Shown piece by piece: positions 24,917-34,545 of a stretch of 37,059 nt of DNA (position 1 is the stretch's first letter; the number at the start of each line of letters is the position of its first letter). The stretch comes from Candidatus Shapirobacteria bacterium (lineage in GTDB: Bacteria > Patescibacteriota > Microgenomatia > 0-14-0-10-38-17). The translations under genes and the position numbers were made by a program. The DNA lies in contig JAQVFF010000001.1 of NCBI GenBank assembly GCA_028697345.1, positions 1-37,059 on the forward strand. Direction: 5' to 3'. The notes below the pieces were generated by a model. It searched no databases and had not been told where the DNA came from. It saw only the letters and a list, made by a program, of their open reading frames with translations.

Positions 24917-26263
24917 ATGGATCTTAACCATCTTTGGCAAAATGTTCAAGAAGAACTAAAAATTTCTGTTTCTCAAACTACTTACCAAGGAATGCTGGCT
25001 CAAACCGCTCTTTTAGATTTAAAAGAAAACATTGCCACTATTGGTTGTCCTAATCCTTATCTTCGCGATTTGGTTGAAAACCGCTATTATTCACTAATTA
25101 AGGAGGTTTTAGATCGTCAAACCAAAGAAAAAAACAGTTTAGTTTTTACCATTGACCAGAAGCTGTCAATAATTAAAAAAACTAAAAAGAACCTGGGGCC
25201 ATTATTCAAAAAAAACTCTCCTGTTCAAAAACAATTGGTTGACCCTGCTTTCGGGTTGTTGCCTAATTATAATTTTACCACCTTTGTGGTTGGATCTGCT
25301 AATAACTTTGCCCATGCCGCCGCTCAAGCAATTGTTAAAAATCCTGGCCAAACTTATAACCCTTTCTTTGTTTGGGGTGGAGTAGGAGTAGGCAAAACCC
25401 ATTTAATTCACGCTATTGGCAATGCTATTGCTCAAGGTAATAATGATTTTAAAATTTTATATGTTAGCGCCGAAACCTTCACCAACGAACTGGTTGATGC
25501 TCTACAAAAAAAAACCATTACTAAATTTAAAAACAAATACCGCAAGTGCGATTGTCTTTTGGTTGACGACATCCAATTTATCGCTGGAAAAGAATACTCC
25601 CAAGAAGAATTCTTCCACACTTTTAATGCTCTCTACTTGTCCGGTCGACAAGTAGTTTTAACCTCGGACCGTAAACCGGAAGAAATTCCTAAAGTTGAGG
25701 ATCGGCTTATTTCTCGTTTTATGGGCGGTTTAACGGTTGACATTCAACCTCCAGACTATGAAATGAGACTGGCTATTATCAAACAAAAAGCTCAAGAAAG
25801 AAACTTTTCTTTACCCGAGGAGGTGTTTAGGTTTCTGGCTGAAACAATTGAGTCTAATATTCGCGAACTGGAAGGAGCTTTATTTAAATTAATGATCAAG
25901 GCCCAGAGCAACAAAAGTCCGGTTGATTTAGAATTTGCACAAAACTTTTTTGGTTCCTTTAAAAAAAGAACCCAAAGAGTAACTCCAAAAATAGTTCTTT
26001 CCCGAACCGCTAAACATTTTTCTTTTAAAACGAAAGAGCTTTGTGGAAAAAGCCGTAAATCAGAACTAGTCATCGCCAGACATATTGCTATTTACTTATT
26101 AAGAAAAGATTTAGACTTACCGCTGATGAAAATTGGTGACTTAATCGGCGGCCGAGACCATACGTCAATAATGTATGCTATTGATAAAATTGAACAGGAA
26201 TATTCGAATAATCAGTCTTTGCGCAACAATATTAACCAAATTAGAAACAGTCTGCAATTTTAG
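24917..26263 (+). CDS. dnaA: chromosomal replication initiator DnaA
   Basis: The track starts at GTG 24842, inside the promoter. ATG 24917 gives the typical N-terminus MDLNHLWQNVQEELK... AAA+ Walker A GGVGVGKTHL, Walker B LLVDDIQF, and a C-terminal DNA-binding domain ..IAIYLLRKDLDLPLMKIGDLIGGRDHTSIMYAIDKI... Confidence 0.95.
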   Translation: MDLNHLWQNVQEELKISVSQTTYQGMLAQTALLDLKENIATIGCPNPYLRDLVENRYYSLIKEVLDRQTKEKNSLVFTIDQKLSIIKKTKKNLGPLFKKNSPVQKQLVDPAFGLLPNYNFTTFVVGSANNFAHAAAQAIVKNPGQTYNPFFVWGGVGVGKTHLIHAIGNAIAQGNNDFKILYVSAETFTNELVDALQKKTITKFKNKYRKCDCLLVDDIQFIAGKEYSQEEFFHTFNALYLSGRQVVLTSDRKPEEIPKVEDRLISRFMGGLTVDIQPPDYEMRLAIIKQKAQERNFSLPEEVFRFLAETIESNIRELEGALFKLMIKAQSNKSPVDLEFAQNFFGSFKKRTQRVTPKIVLSRTAKHFSFKTKELCGKSRKSELVIARHIAIYLLRKDLDLPLMKIGDLIGGRDHTSIMYAIDKIEQEYSNNQSLRNNINQIRNSLQF

Positions 26264-26608
26264 AAGAAAACTTTGTGAATTAGTAAGGGTTGTTGTGGAA
26301 AGGTTAGAGGACAGTAATTATTTCTGTGGATAAATTAAATTCAATTTTTCCACAAATTTTAAAAAATTTTCCACAATAAAACCGTTGTTTTTCTAGTTTT
26401 TTAAGACAAACCAAAACCAAAACTAAAGACAAACTATAAGGTTTTTTTCTAAAAAATCTTATTATCCTGTCACTTTTTTAAAAATTAACAGTTTTTTCCT
26501 GTCTTAAATCAGGGTAATTCCACTTTTAAACAATCCCTAACACTAATACTACTATTTTAAATAATTTACTTTTATTATTAATAATAACTTTGATAAAATA
26601 CTTTTATT
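26264..26608. other. probable oriC: DnaA-box cluster plus AT-rich unwinding region in the dnaA-dnaN spacer
   Basis: Perfect box TGTGGATAA at 26325-26333. TGTGGAAAG at 26294-26302. TTTTCCACA at 26346-26354 and at 26367-26375, in the opposite orientation. Weaker TGTGAATTA at 26274-26282. Almost pure A/T from about 26540 to 26608. Confidence 0.75.
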
Positions 26609-27721
26609 ATGAAAGCAATTATTCTTCAAGAAAATCTAAGCAGAGGGTTATCAATTACCAATCGTTTTGTTTCATCTCGACCACAACTACCAATTTTAAA
26701 TAGTATTGCTCTCCAAGCAGAAAAAAATCGTTTTAAAATTTCAGCAACTAACCTGGAAGTTGGTGTTAATTATTATTGTGGTGCCAAAATTGAAGAAGAA
26801 GGCAGTGTAACTGTTCTATCTAAAACTTTTTCCGATTTTGCTTCTTCTCTGCCAGCAGAAAAGGTGATCTTAACCACCAAAAAAGATAATTTAATTGTTG
26901 TTTGTGGTAATTATCGGGCCAGTTTACCAACCAACACCATTGGTGATTTTCCTAAAATACCCACCAAGGTTGATAAAAAAATCTCTTTTCCTTATCAAAA
27001 ATTTATTGAGGCAATTAAAAGTGTTGTTTTTGCCGCCTCAAATGATGATTCTCGACCAGTTTTATCCGGAATTAATTTCCGATTTTCCCAGCAAAATTGT
27101 TTATTATCAGCCACTGATGGTTATCGGTTGTCTTTCAAAAAAATTAAATTAGATAAGAAATATTCTGACTTAGAATTTATTATTCCCTCGATGGTATTAA
27201 CAGAATTAATCAGGATTAAATCGGAAAAAGAGTTATCGGTTTTTGAGTTAGGTTTGGCTAATGAAGAAAAACAGGCGGTTTTTTTTCTTCCCGACTTGGA
27301 ATTTTCTTCTCGTCTTTTAGAAGGAGAATATCCTGATATTAAAAAGGTTATTCCAAAAGAAAAAGATACCACTGTTGTTGTCGACAGGGAGGAATTGTTG
27401 GGAGCAATTAGAACTGCAGCTATTTTTGCTCGAGAATCGGCCAATATTGTTAGATTAGAAATTGCCGGTAATAAGATTAAAATCTTAGCTAATGCTCCCA
27501 GTTTAGGAGAAAACACTAGTCGAATTGAAGCAAAAATAGATGGTAAAAATCAAAGGGTGGCTTTTAATTTTCGTTTTTTAATTGATCTGTTAGTTAATTT
27601 AGATGGTCAACAGGTAATAATTGAACTACAAGAATCTTTAAAACCAGTTGTTTTTAAAAATATTAAAGATAAAACCTTTTTACACATTATTATGCCGGTA
27701 AGAATTCAAGAGGAAGAGTAA
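26609..27721 (+). CDS. dnaN: DNA polymerase III beta sliding clamp
   Basis: 370 aa, immediately after dnaA/oriC. ..LLSATDGYRLS.., ..LLEGEYPDIKKVIP.., ..MPVRI.. are typical DnaN blocks. Confidence 0.9.
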   Translation: MKAIILQENLSRGLSITNRFVSSRPQLPILNSIALQAEKNRFKISATNLEVGVNYYCGAKIEEEGSVTVLSKTFSDFASSLPAEKVILTTKKDNLIVVCGNYRASLPTNTIGDFPKIPTKVDKKISFPYQKFIEAIKSVVFAASNDDSRPVLSGINFRFSQQNCLLSATDGYRLSFKKIKLDKKYSDLEFIIPSMVLTELIRIKSEKELSVFELGLANEEKQAVFFLPDLEFSSRLLEGEYPDIKKVIPKEKDTTVVVDREELLGAIRTAAIFARESANIVRLEIAGNKIKILANAPSLGENTSRIEAKIDGKNQRVAFNFRFLIDLLVNLDGQQVIIELQESLKPVVFKNIKDKTFLHIIMPVRIQEEE

Positions 27722-27760
27722 AAACAATTAAAAATTTGAAATTAGAAATTTTCTTAAGGT

Positions 27761-28504
27761 ATGGATTTATCTGATTACACTTTTTCGTCTCAGGCCCCAA
27801 CCTGGTGTCCCGGTTGCGGCAATTTTGCGGTACTGGCTGCGGTAAAAAAATCTTTGACCGATCTTACAATTGCTCCTAAAGACACAGTTGTTACTTATGA
27901 TATTGGTTGTGGTGGTAATATGGTTAACAGTTTAAGGGTTTGCGGTTTTGCCGGTCTTCATGGTCGTTCGATTCCTTTGGCAGTGGGAATAAAAAAAGCT
28001 AATCCTGACTTGACTGTAATTGCTCAAGGCGGCGACGGTGGTTTATTGAATGAAGGAGTAAATCACTTAATTCATGCCGCCCAAAGAAACGATAATATTA
28101 CTGTTTTACTGCATAATAATTTTATTTTTGCCTTAACCGCTGGTCAGGCTTCATCAGCTACTCCTAAAAACACAACAACCAAATCAACCCCTCAAGGTGT
28201 TGAATACCCTCCTCTAAATCCATTATTATTGGCCGCCTCCAGTGGAGCAAAATTTCTGGCCCGAACCAGCTCTTTTGATTTAGAAAAAACCGCTCAAATT
28301 ATCAAAAAAGCAATTGTCCACGAAGGCTTTTCTTTGATAGAGATTCTGATGCCTTGTTTAATCTGGTCAGATAAAACAAGCCTTAATTTATTAAAAGATC
28401 AAGTTTTTTCTCCAAAAGAACTTCCTTCAGAAAAAACTCAAATTTTAGATTTTTTAGCCAAAGATGAGAACCGATTAGCTTTGGGAGTTTTTTGGCAAAA
28501 GTAG
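27761..28504 (+). CDS. 2-oxoacid:ferredoxin oxidoreductase beta (TPP-binding) subunit
   Basis: 247 aa. ..PTWCPGCGNFAVL.., ..DIGCGGN.., ..IAQGGDGGLLNEGVNHLIHA.. are typical OFOR beta motifs. Confidence 0.85.
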   Translation: MDLSDYTFSSQAPTWCPGCGNFAVLAAVKKSLTDLTIAPKDTVVTYDIGCGGNMVNSLRVCGFAGLHGRSIPLAVGIKKANPDLTVIAQGGDGGLLNEGVNHLIHAAQRNDNITVLLHNNFIFALTAGQASSATPKNTTTKSTPQGVEYPPLNPLLLAASSGAKFLARTSSFDLEKTAQIIKKAIVHEGFSLIEILMPCLIWSDKTSLNLLKDQVFSPKELPSEKTQILDFLAKDENRLALGVFWQK

Positions 28505-28551
28505 TAATAAAAAAAAGACCCCGTTTTAATTTTTAAAAAAATAGTTTTTTT

Positions 28552-30288
28552 GTGATTAGTAAAAAAATTAGCCGCTTTTTTTGGTTGGGAATAATATTGT
28601 TGGTAATTTTTAGTTTAGCTTTTCATAGTTCACAAAGAGAATGGAATCAAGACTTGGGTCGTCACCTTAAGGTTGGTGAAATTATTCTGAAGGAAAAATC
28701 TATTCCTAAAACCAACCTTTTTTCTTATGTTCAAGAAGATTTTCCCTTTCAAAACCATCACTGGTTATCAGAAGTAATCTTTGTTGTTGTTTATAACACA
28801 TTTGGAAATAACGGCTTAATTTTATTAAAAACAGTAATTTTTCTTTTAATCTGGGGAAGTCTTTTTTGGTTTGTTTCTCGAAAAATACCAGCCTTTTGGG
28901 CAGTTTTTTTAGCAATTTTCCCAATTTTAGTTTTTCGGGAAAGAACCGATATTAGACCGGAGATTTTTGGCTTATTGTTTTTTACTCTTTTTTTGATAAT
29001 CCTCGCCAAAGCAAGAGATGGTAAAAGAAAATGGTTGTGGTGTCTGTTTTTCTTGCAATTATTGTGGGTTAATTTACATATTTCTTTTGTCTTTGGTTTA
29101 TTTTTAGTAAGCCTAAATTTAATCGAAAACCTTTATCAAGACCTTTTTATTAAAAAGAGGTTTGATAAAGAAACTTTTTGGCCTTTAGTAGCGGCAATAG
29201 TAATTAACATTTTAAATCCTTTTTTCTTAGAGGGTTTTTTGGCACCATTTTTAATTTGGAAGAATTATAACTATCAGATTGTTGAAAATCAATCTGTTTT
29301 CTTTTTAAGCAAACTAGGCTATAAGACCAGTATTGTTTTTTTTAAGATCGGCTTGGTTTTGGGTTTGACTTTTTTTTCGGTTGCTCGAAAGAGATTTTTT
29401 GGTTTTTTAGGCTGGATAGTTTTGTCGCTTATCTCGGCAGTTCAGATTCGTCACTTCCCTTTTTGGGCTCTATACTCTTTTTGGTTTTGGGGTGATAACC
29501 TTGATTATTTTTTGAAAAAAATTTCCGGCAAAGCTCGTTTTTATTTGAAATGGGGAATAGCTACTGTTTCTTTATTAATAATGGTTTTAATAAGTTTTGT
29601 TTATTTAAGTAACTTTTATTATCGTTTGTTTGACCTTAATCGTTCTTTTGGTTTTGGCGGGGATCAACCAGCTAAGACAGCAGTCCAATTTTTAATTAAA
29701 AATTTTCCTCAAGGCAATATTTTTAATAATTTTGATATTGGCAGTTATCTTGATTATTTTTATCCTCAGGTTAGAGTTTTTGCTGATTCTCGTCCGGAAG
29801 CTTTTGATAAAACTTTTTGGCAAAATTATCAAGAAATTCAAACTGACGAAAATTTATGGCAGGAAACAGTTGATTATTATCAAATTGAGGCGGCCTTCAT
29901 TTCTCACACCGACCAGACAGACTGGACCCAACAATTATTGATTAGTCTTTATCAAAATAGTAATTGGCGCTTAGTTTATCTTGATCAGGATATTGTTATT
30001 TTTACCACCAAAGAGAAGAATCCGCCCGCCTTGATTTTAAATGAAGATTTTGTTGGTAATTTCGCTGGTAACAGTTTTGACCTGGTTAGTTTGGGTTATT
30101 TTTTTAATTTAATTGGAGAGGTTGACTTGGCCCAGTTAAGCTTGGAAAAATCTTTAAAAATTAATCCTTATTCTTATCGAAGCAATTTAGGCTTAGCAAG
30201 AATTTATTCCCAAAATGATAACCCTGCTTTCTTGTTTAAAGCAAGAAAGATGACCAATAAAGTTAATAATTGGTGGTACAAGTTATAA
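28552..30288 (+). CDS. large polytopic membrane protein with a C-terminal TPR-like segment; possibly a GT-C-type glycosyltransferase (weak inference)
   Basis: 578 aa, GTG start. At least 10 hydrophobic helices in the first 360 aa or so, a soluble domain, then ..LGYFFNLIGEVDLAQLSLEKSLKINPYSYRSNLGLARIY.. (TPR-like). Confidence 0.6.
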   Translation: MISKKISRFFWLGIILLVIFSLAFHSSQREWNQDLGRHLKVGEIILKEKSIPKTNLFSYVQEDFPFQNHHWLSEVIFVVVYNTFGNNGLILLKTVIFLLIWGSLFWFVSRKIPAFWAVFLAIFPILVFRERTDIRPEIFGLLFFTLFLIILAKARDGKRKWLWCLFFLQLLWVNLHISFVFGLFLVSLNLIENLYQDLFIKKRFDKETFWPLVAAIVINILNPFFLEGFLAPFLIWKNYNYQIVENQSVFFLSKLGYKTSIVFFKIGLVLGLTFFSVARKRFFGFLGWIVLSLISAVQIRHFPFWALYSFWFWGDNLDYFLKKISGKARFYLKWGIATVSLLIMVLISFVYLSNFYYRLFDLNRSFGFGGDQPAKTAVQFLIKNFPQGNIFNNFDIGSYLDYFYPQVRVFADSRPEAFDKTFWQNYQEIQTDENLWQETVDYYQIEAAFISHTDQTDWTQQLLISLYQNSNWRLVYLDQDIVIFTTKEKNPPALILNEDFVGNFAGNSFDLVSLGYFFNLIGEVDLAQLSLEKSLKINPYSYRSNLGLARIYSQNDNPAFLFKARKMTNKVNNWWYKL

Positions 30289-30297
30289 ATAAAAAGA

Positions 30298-31224
30298 ATG
30301 CAAGATAAAAAAAAGATAAAAGCAATAGTTTTATTGTCTGGAGGACTAGATAGCGGCTTAGCGGCAAAGATTGTTAAAAACCAAGGAATAGCCTTAGTGG
30401 GAATAACTTTTAAAAGTTATTTTTTCGATCTTTCCGGACCAGCCCGAAAACAGGCTGAGGAATTAAAAATTCCTTTAAAAATTGTTGATATTAGTCAAGA
30501 ACAGTTAGATAAAGTTTTATCACCGGAATACGGTTATGGAGCTGGTCTTAATCCCTGTATTGATTGCCATTTATTAATGGTTAAGTTTGCCCACCAGCAA
30601 ATGGTTAAAGAAAAAGGAGAGTTTTTGGTGACTGGAGATGTTTTAGGACAAAGGCCACTGTCTCAAAACCGTCTGGCCCTGGAATTAATTGATCGGGCCG
30701 GAAAAGTTGAGGGTTTAGTTTTAAGACCTTTATCGGCAAAATTTCTTCATCCGACCAAAGCAGAAAACAAGGGTTGGATTAAAAGAGAAGATCTGTTTAA
30801 TATTAAAGGCCGATCACGTAAAACTCAAATTTTTCTAGCTGAAAAATTTGGTCTTAAAAATTATACTGCTCCGGCTGGAGGTTGTTTGTTAACCGACGTT
30901 ATTTTTTCTAAAAAGTTAGCCAGGGTAGTAAATTTTTTTCCCAATCCTTCCCCTGGCAGTTTACGATTAGCGGCTTTGGGTCGTCATTTTTGGTTGGATA
31001 AGGCTTGGATTGTTGTGGGCAGAAACCATCAGGAGAATGAACAGATTAAACAATTGGTTGAAAAAGGGGATTGTTTGGTTGAACTATCTAATATTTCCGG
31101 TCCAACCATAATAATTAAAGGAAACATTGACCAAAAGGCAATTAAGAAAGCCAGAGAGTTGACTAAAAAATATGCCAGCAAAGCAAGGAATAAATCGGTA
31201 GAATTTTTGATCGAAAAAATATAA
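30298..31224 (+). CDS. PP-loop ATP pyrophosphatase family protein, MnmA/ThiI-like (probable tRNA sulfurtransferase)
   Basis: 308 aa. PP-loop ..AIVLLSGGLDSGLAA.., ..GLNPCIDCHLLMVKF.., ..VTGDVLGQRPLSQN... Confidence 0.65.
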   Translation: MQDKKKIKAIVLLSGGLDSGLAAKIVKNQGIALVGITFKSYFFDLSGPARKQAEELKIPLKIVDISQEQLDKVLSPEYGYGAGLNPCIDCHLLMVKFAHQQMVKEKGEFLVTGDVLGQRPLSQNRLALELIDRAGKVEGLVLRPLSAKFLHPTKAENKGWIKREDLFNIKGRSRKTQIFLAEKFGLKNYTAPAGGCLLTDVIFSKKLARVVNFFPNPSPGSLRLAALGRHFWLDKAWIVVGRNHQENEQIKQLVEKGDCLVELSNISGPTIIIKGNIDQKAIKKARELTKKYASKARNKSVEFLIEKI

Positions 31225-31267
31225 CTTTTTTTGAAAAAAGCACCAACAAGATGAGGGTTTTTGGGTT

Positions 31268-32152
31268 TTAGATATTAGGTTTCTTGAAAAAATTTTTTAT
31301 TTCGGGGGCAATTTCGGGATCTTTAAGAGCAAAAACAAGATTAACCTTAAGCCAACGCAGAGGATCGCCGGTAGTTAACCATTGCCCGGAAGAGATTGGT
31401 TCAGCAATAGCAACATCGTTTTTGGCAAGTGTGTTGTTGGCGTCGGCAAGCCAAAGCTCGTTGTCGCGAGATAAGCCCTGTTTTGCTAAAACCGGAAAAA
31501 TTTTGTTCGAAATTACAAAACGTCCAAATTGGGCAATATTGGAAGGTGCCTGGTCAGCGGATAATTTTTCTAATACTTCCGTAGCGCGGTTAGGATATTG
31601 GGGATCGTTAAGATATTTAATACTGGCGTAACGATCGATTTCTTCCCAAGGAACTTCTTGGGCACCAAGGATTACCGCCGGTTGATACTGTTGATAGATT
31701 TTGATTAGACGGGATAAATAGTTACCCGGCTTATCTTCAACAACAATGTCATCACCAAACATATAAACAAAAGGGTCGTTACCAACAAAATTCTTAACAG
31801 ACAATATTGGTGAAGCGTTGCCATAAGGAAGATTAGGGTCTTGAGGGGTAAAATAAATTTTTGCCTTTTTCCAAATTTCTTCCAAGCTGGCTAAAAAAAA
31901 CTCTTTGTTATTTTCTTTTAAGAAAGACTCTAATTCTTTATCAGGAGTAAAATATTGCCTTAGTTTTTCATCGTTTGGCCGGTGGACAATATTAATTTGG
32001 TTAATGCCAGCACCAATCATCTCTTCAACTAAATATTGAATATTGGGCTTATCAAGAATAGCAATTAGTTCTTTGGGGTAAGCTTTAGTAACCGGGAGAA
32101 AACGAGTCCCTCTACCAGCGGCGGCGATAACCCCCTTAGTAACCTTAACCAT
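31268..32152 (-). CDS. galU: UTP--glucose-1-phosphate uridylyltransferase
   Basis: The track starts at 32200; ATG 32152 gives MVKVTKGVIAAAGRGTRFLPVTKAYPKELIAILDKPNIQYLVEE.., the GalU signature. Confidence 0.85.
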   Translation of the reverse strand: MVKVTKGVIAAAGRGTRFLPVTKAYPKELIAILDKPNIQYLVEEMIGAGINQINIVHRPNDEKLRQYFTPDKELESFLKENNKEFFLASLEEIWKKAKIYFTPQDPNLPYGNASPILSVKNFVGNDPFVYMFGDDIVVEDKPGNYLSRLIKIYQQYQPAVILGAQEVPWEEIDRYASIKYLNDPQYPNRATEVLEKLSADQAPSNIAQFGRFVISNKIFPVLAKQGLSRDNELWLADANNTLAKNDVAIAEPISSGQWLTTGDPLRWLKVNLVFALKDPEIAPEIKNFFKKPNI

Positions 32153-32274
32153 TAAAAGTATCCTAGCACTATTTTTATTAAAAATAAACCATTTTGGCAA
32201 AAAACTTGATTTTTAGGTTTAACCTGTTAACTTTGACTTTTTCGAGTTACAATGTTTTTAGGAGGTGATTTTAA

Positions 32275-32589
32275 ATGGATGTTGATCAACAAAGTTTTAC
32301 CAAAGAAGTTTTAGAATCAGATCGGTTGGTTTTAGTTGATTTTTGGGCACCTTGGTGTGGTCCTTGTCAAATGATGGGGCCGATTCTAGACAATTTAGAA
32401 CAGGATTTGGTCGGGAAAATTAAAATTGTTAAAGTTAATATTGACCAAAACCAAGACTTGGCCAGTCAATACAATATAATGAGTATTCCGGCTTTGTTTT
32501 TGTTTCAAAACGGTCAGATTGTTAAACAGTGGTTGGGCTTACAAAGCATAGAAGCTCTTAAAGAAGAAATTAGTGCAATTTTATCTTAA
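32275..32589 (+). CDS. trxA: thioredoxin
   Basis: 104 aa. Active site ..FWAPWCGPCQMM... Strong SD AGGAGGTG upstream. Confidence 0.9.
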   Translation: MDVDQQSFTKEVLESDRLVLVDFWAPWCGPCQMMGPILDNLEQDLVGKIKIVKVNIDQNQDLASQYNIMSIPALFLFQNGQIVKQWLGLQSIEALKEEISAILS

Positions 32590-33656
32590 TGAAAAAAAGA
32601 TTACTTTTTTTGCTCTTTTTGTTTTGTTTATTTTTTGGGTTTTTTTCTAAACCCTTAGCCCAGGAAGAAACATTAATGGAAGGGGAGATTATTGAAATTT
32701 TAGTCGAGGAAGATCATTTGGAACAAATTTACCAGCAGGTTTTGGTTTTGGTAAAAACTGGCCGTTTTGTTAACCAAAAAGTGACTGTGGAAACCGGCTT
32801 CTACGACCCCTTGTCTGGACAACGGTTTAAGACTGGAGACAAAATAATTTTAGCCTTATCAAGTGATATGGAAGGCAATAATGTTTTTTATATTGCTGAT
32901 TATGTTCGCCGACCAAGTTTGTTGCTGTTAGCGGCGATTTTCGTTTTATTAGTCTTATTTATTGGCAGGACTAGGGGGTTTTTTTCATTAATTGGCTTGG
33001 TTTTATCATTTGTGGTGATCATGTTTTTAGTTTTACCACTTATTAATCAAGGAGGAAATCCGGTTTTAATTAGTGTTTTAGCTTCAGTTTTGATGGTGCC
33101 TTTATTATTTTATTCTGCTCATGGTTTTAATCGAAAGACAACGGTAGCAGCGGCTTCAACGATAATTGCCTTAACCTTAACCGGAGTCCTGGCTCGAACA
33201 TTTGTTGTTTGGGCTAATATTTCCGGCCTATCATCAGAAGAAATGGGTTTTTTGCAAATTTCTCATCAGGGTTTAATTAATCCCCAAGGACTAGTATTGG
33301 CTGGAATTATTATTGGTGCTTTAGGAGTATTGGACGATGTTACCATTTCCCAAAGTGCGGTGGTAGAAAAGTTGAAAAAGGTCAATCCTAAAATTAATCC
33401 CAAAAGACTTTTTAAAGAAAGTTTATCAGTAGGCCAGGACCATATTGCCTCGATGGTTAATACTTTGGTATTAGTTTACGCTGGAGCGTCATTACCTTTA
33501 CTGTTATTGTTTATCAACAGCACCCAAAAAATATCTTTAGTAGTTAATTATGAAATTGTTGCCGAAGAATTGATTAGAATTTTAGTTGGTAGTATTGGTT
33601 TGATAGCGGCAGTGCCAATCACTACTTTTTTGGCGGTTGTTTTTGTCAGAAAGTAA
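32589..33656 (+). CDS. YibE/F-family polytopic membrane protein
   Basis: 355 aa. The start overlaps the trxA stop (TAATG). Signal/anchor plus a small ectodomain, then about 7 TM. ..GALGVLDDVTISQSAVVEKL...VGQDHIASMVNTLVLVYAGASLP.. resembles YibE/F blocks, from memory. Confidence 0.55.
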   Translation: MKKRLLFLLFLFCLFFGFFSKPLAQEETLMEGEIIEILVEEDHLEQIYQQVLVLVKTGRFVNQKVTVETGFYDPLSGQRFKTGDKIILALSSDMEGNNVFYIADYVRRPSLLLLAAIFVLLVLFIGRTRGFFSLIGLVLSFVVIMFLVLPLINQGGNPVLISVLASVLMVPLLFYSAHGFNRKTTVAAASTIIALTLTGVLARTFVVWANISGLSSEEMGFLQISHQGLINPQGLVLAGIIIGALGVLDDVTISQSAVVEKLKKVNPKINPKRLFKESLSVGQDHIASMVNTLVLVYAGASLPLLLLFINSTQKISLVVNYEIVAEELIRILVGSIGLIAAVPITTFLAVVFVRK

Positions 33657-33676
33657 ATATTTTAAACGATGTTGTT

Positions 33677-34528
33677 ATGATAGAGGTTATTAAACGATCT
33701 GGAGAAAAGGAAGTTTTTGATGAAGCCAAGGTTCGTCGATCATTAAAACGATCCGGGGCCAATAAAACAGTTGAAGATAAAATTGTTGAGAAGCTAATCA
33801 AGAAACTTTATCAGGGAATAACCACAGAAAAAATTTATCGTTTAGTTTTTAATTGGTTAAAACAGGAAAAAGTCTCTTTGGCCTCAAAATACAATCTTAA
33901 GCAGGCGATTATTAAGTTGGGTCCAACTGGCTACCCTTTTGAACTGTTTCTGGCCCGACTGTTGGAGGCCTATAAATTTGAAACTAAAACTTCTCAGGTT
34001 TTGTCAGGAAAATGTGTTGATCATGAAGTTGATGTGATTGCCAAAACCAAGGGGTTTGATTGTTTAAAACAAATTGACCAGCCAGCTTGTTATTTAATTG
34101 AGTGTAAGTTTCATGGTGTTGGCGGGGCGAAGGTGGTCTTAAAAACCGCTCTTTATGTTTGGGCTCGTTTTTGGGATTTAAAAGAGGTTAAAATCAATTA
34201 TTTTGGCCAAGAAGACGTTTTTAACCAAGGATTATTAGCAACTAACACCAAGATAACCAGCCAGGCTTTAAAATATTGTCAGTGTATGAATCTGGCAGTC
34301 TTATCTTGGGATTATCCGAAAGGCAACACCTTGCCGGAATTGATTGACAAGAGCCATAGACACCCCCTAACCTGTTTAAACAGTTTGTCAACCCAAGATC
34401 AACAGGCTTTGCTTAGCCAGGGTTTAGTTTTTTGTCAAGACTTGCTGGATAAAACCAGTTGGCAAAAACTGCTTGGCAACAAAAGCCAAAAGATTGTCGC
34501 CGAAGCCAAAGCGATGATTGTCGATTAA
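33677..34528 (+). CDS. ATP-cone domain fused to a PD-(D/E)xK restriction-endonuclease-like domain
   Basis: 283 aa. ATP-cone MIEVIKRSGEKEVFDEAKVRRSLKRSGA...ITTEKIYRLVFNWL. Nuclease-like core ..HEVDVIAK...CYLIECKFH... Confidence 0.65.
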   Translation: MIEVIKRSGEKEVFDEAKVRRSLKRSGANKTVEDKIVEKLIKKLYQGITTEKIYRLVFNWLKQEKVSLASKYNLKQAIIKLGPTGYPFELFLARLLEAYKFETKTSQVLSGKCVDHEVDVIAKTKGFDCLKQIDQPACYLIECKFHGVGGAKVVLKTALYVWARFWDLKEVKINYFGQEDVFNQGLLATNTKITSQALKYCQCMNLAVLSWDYPKGNTLPELIDKSHRHPLTCLNSLSTQDQQALLSQGLVFCQDLLDKTSWQKLLGNKSQKIVAEAKAMIVD

Positions 34529-34545
34529 AATGTTAAAATAAAAAC

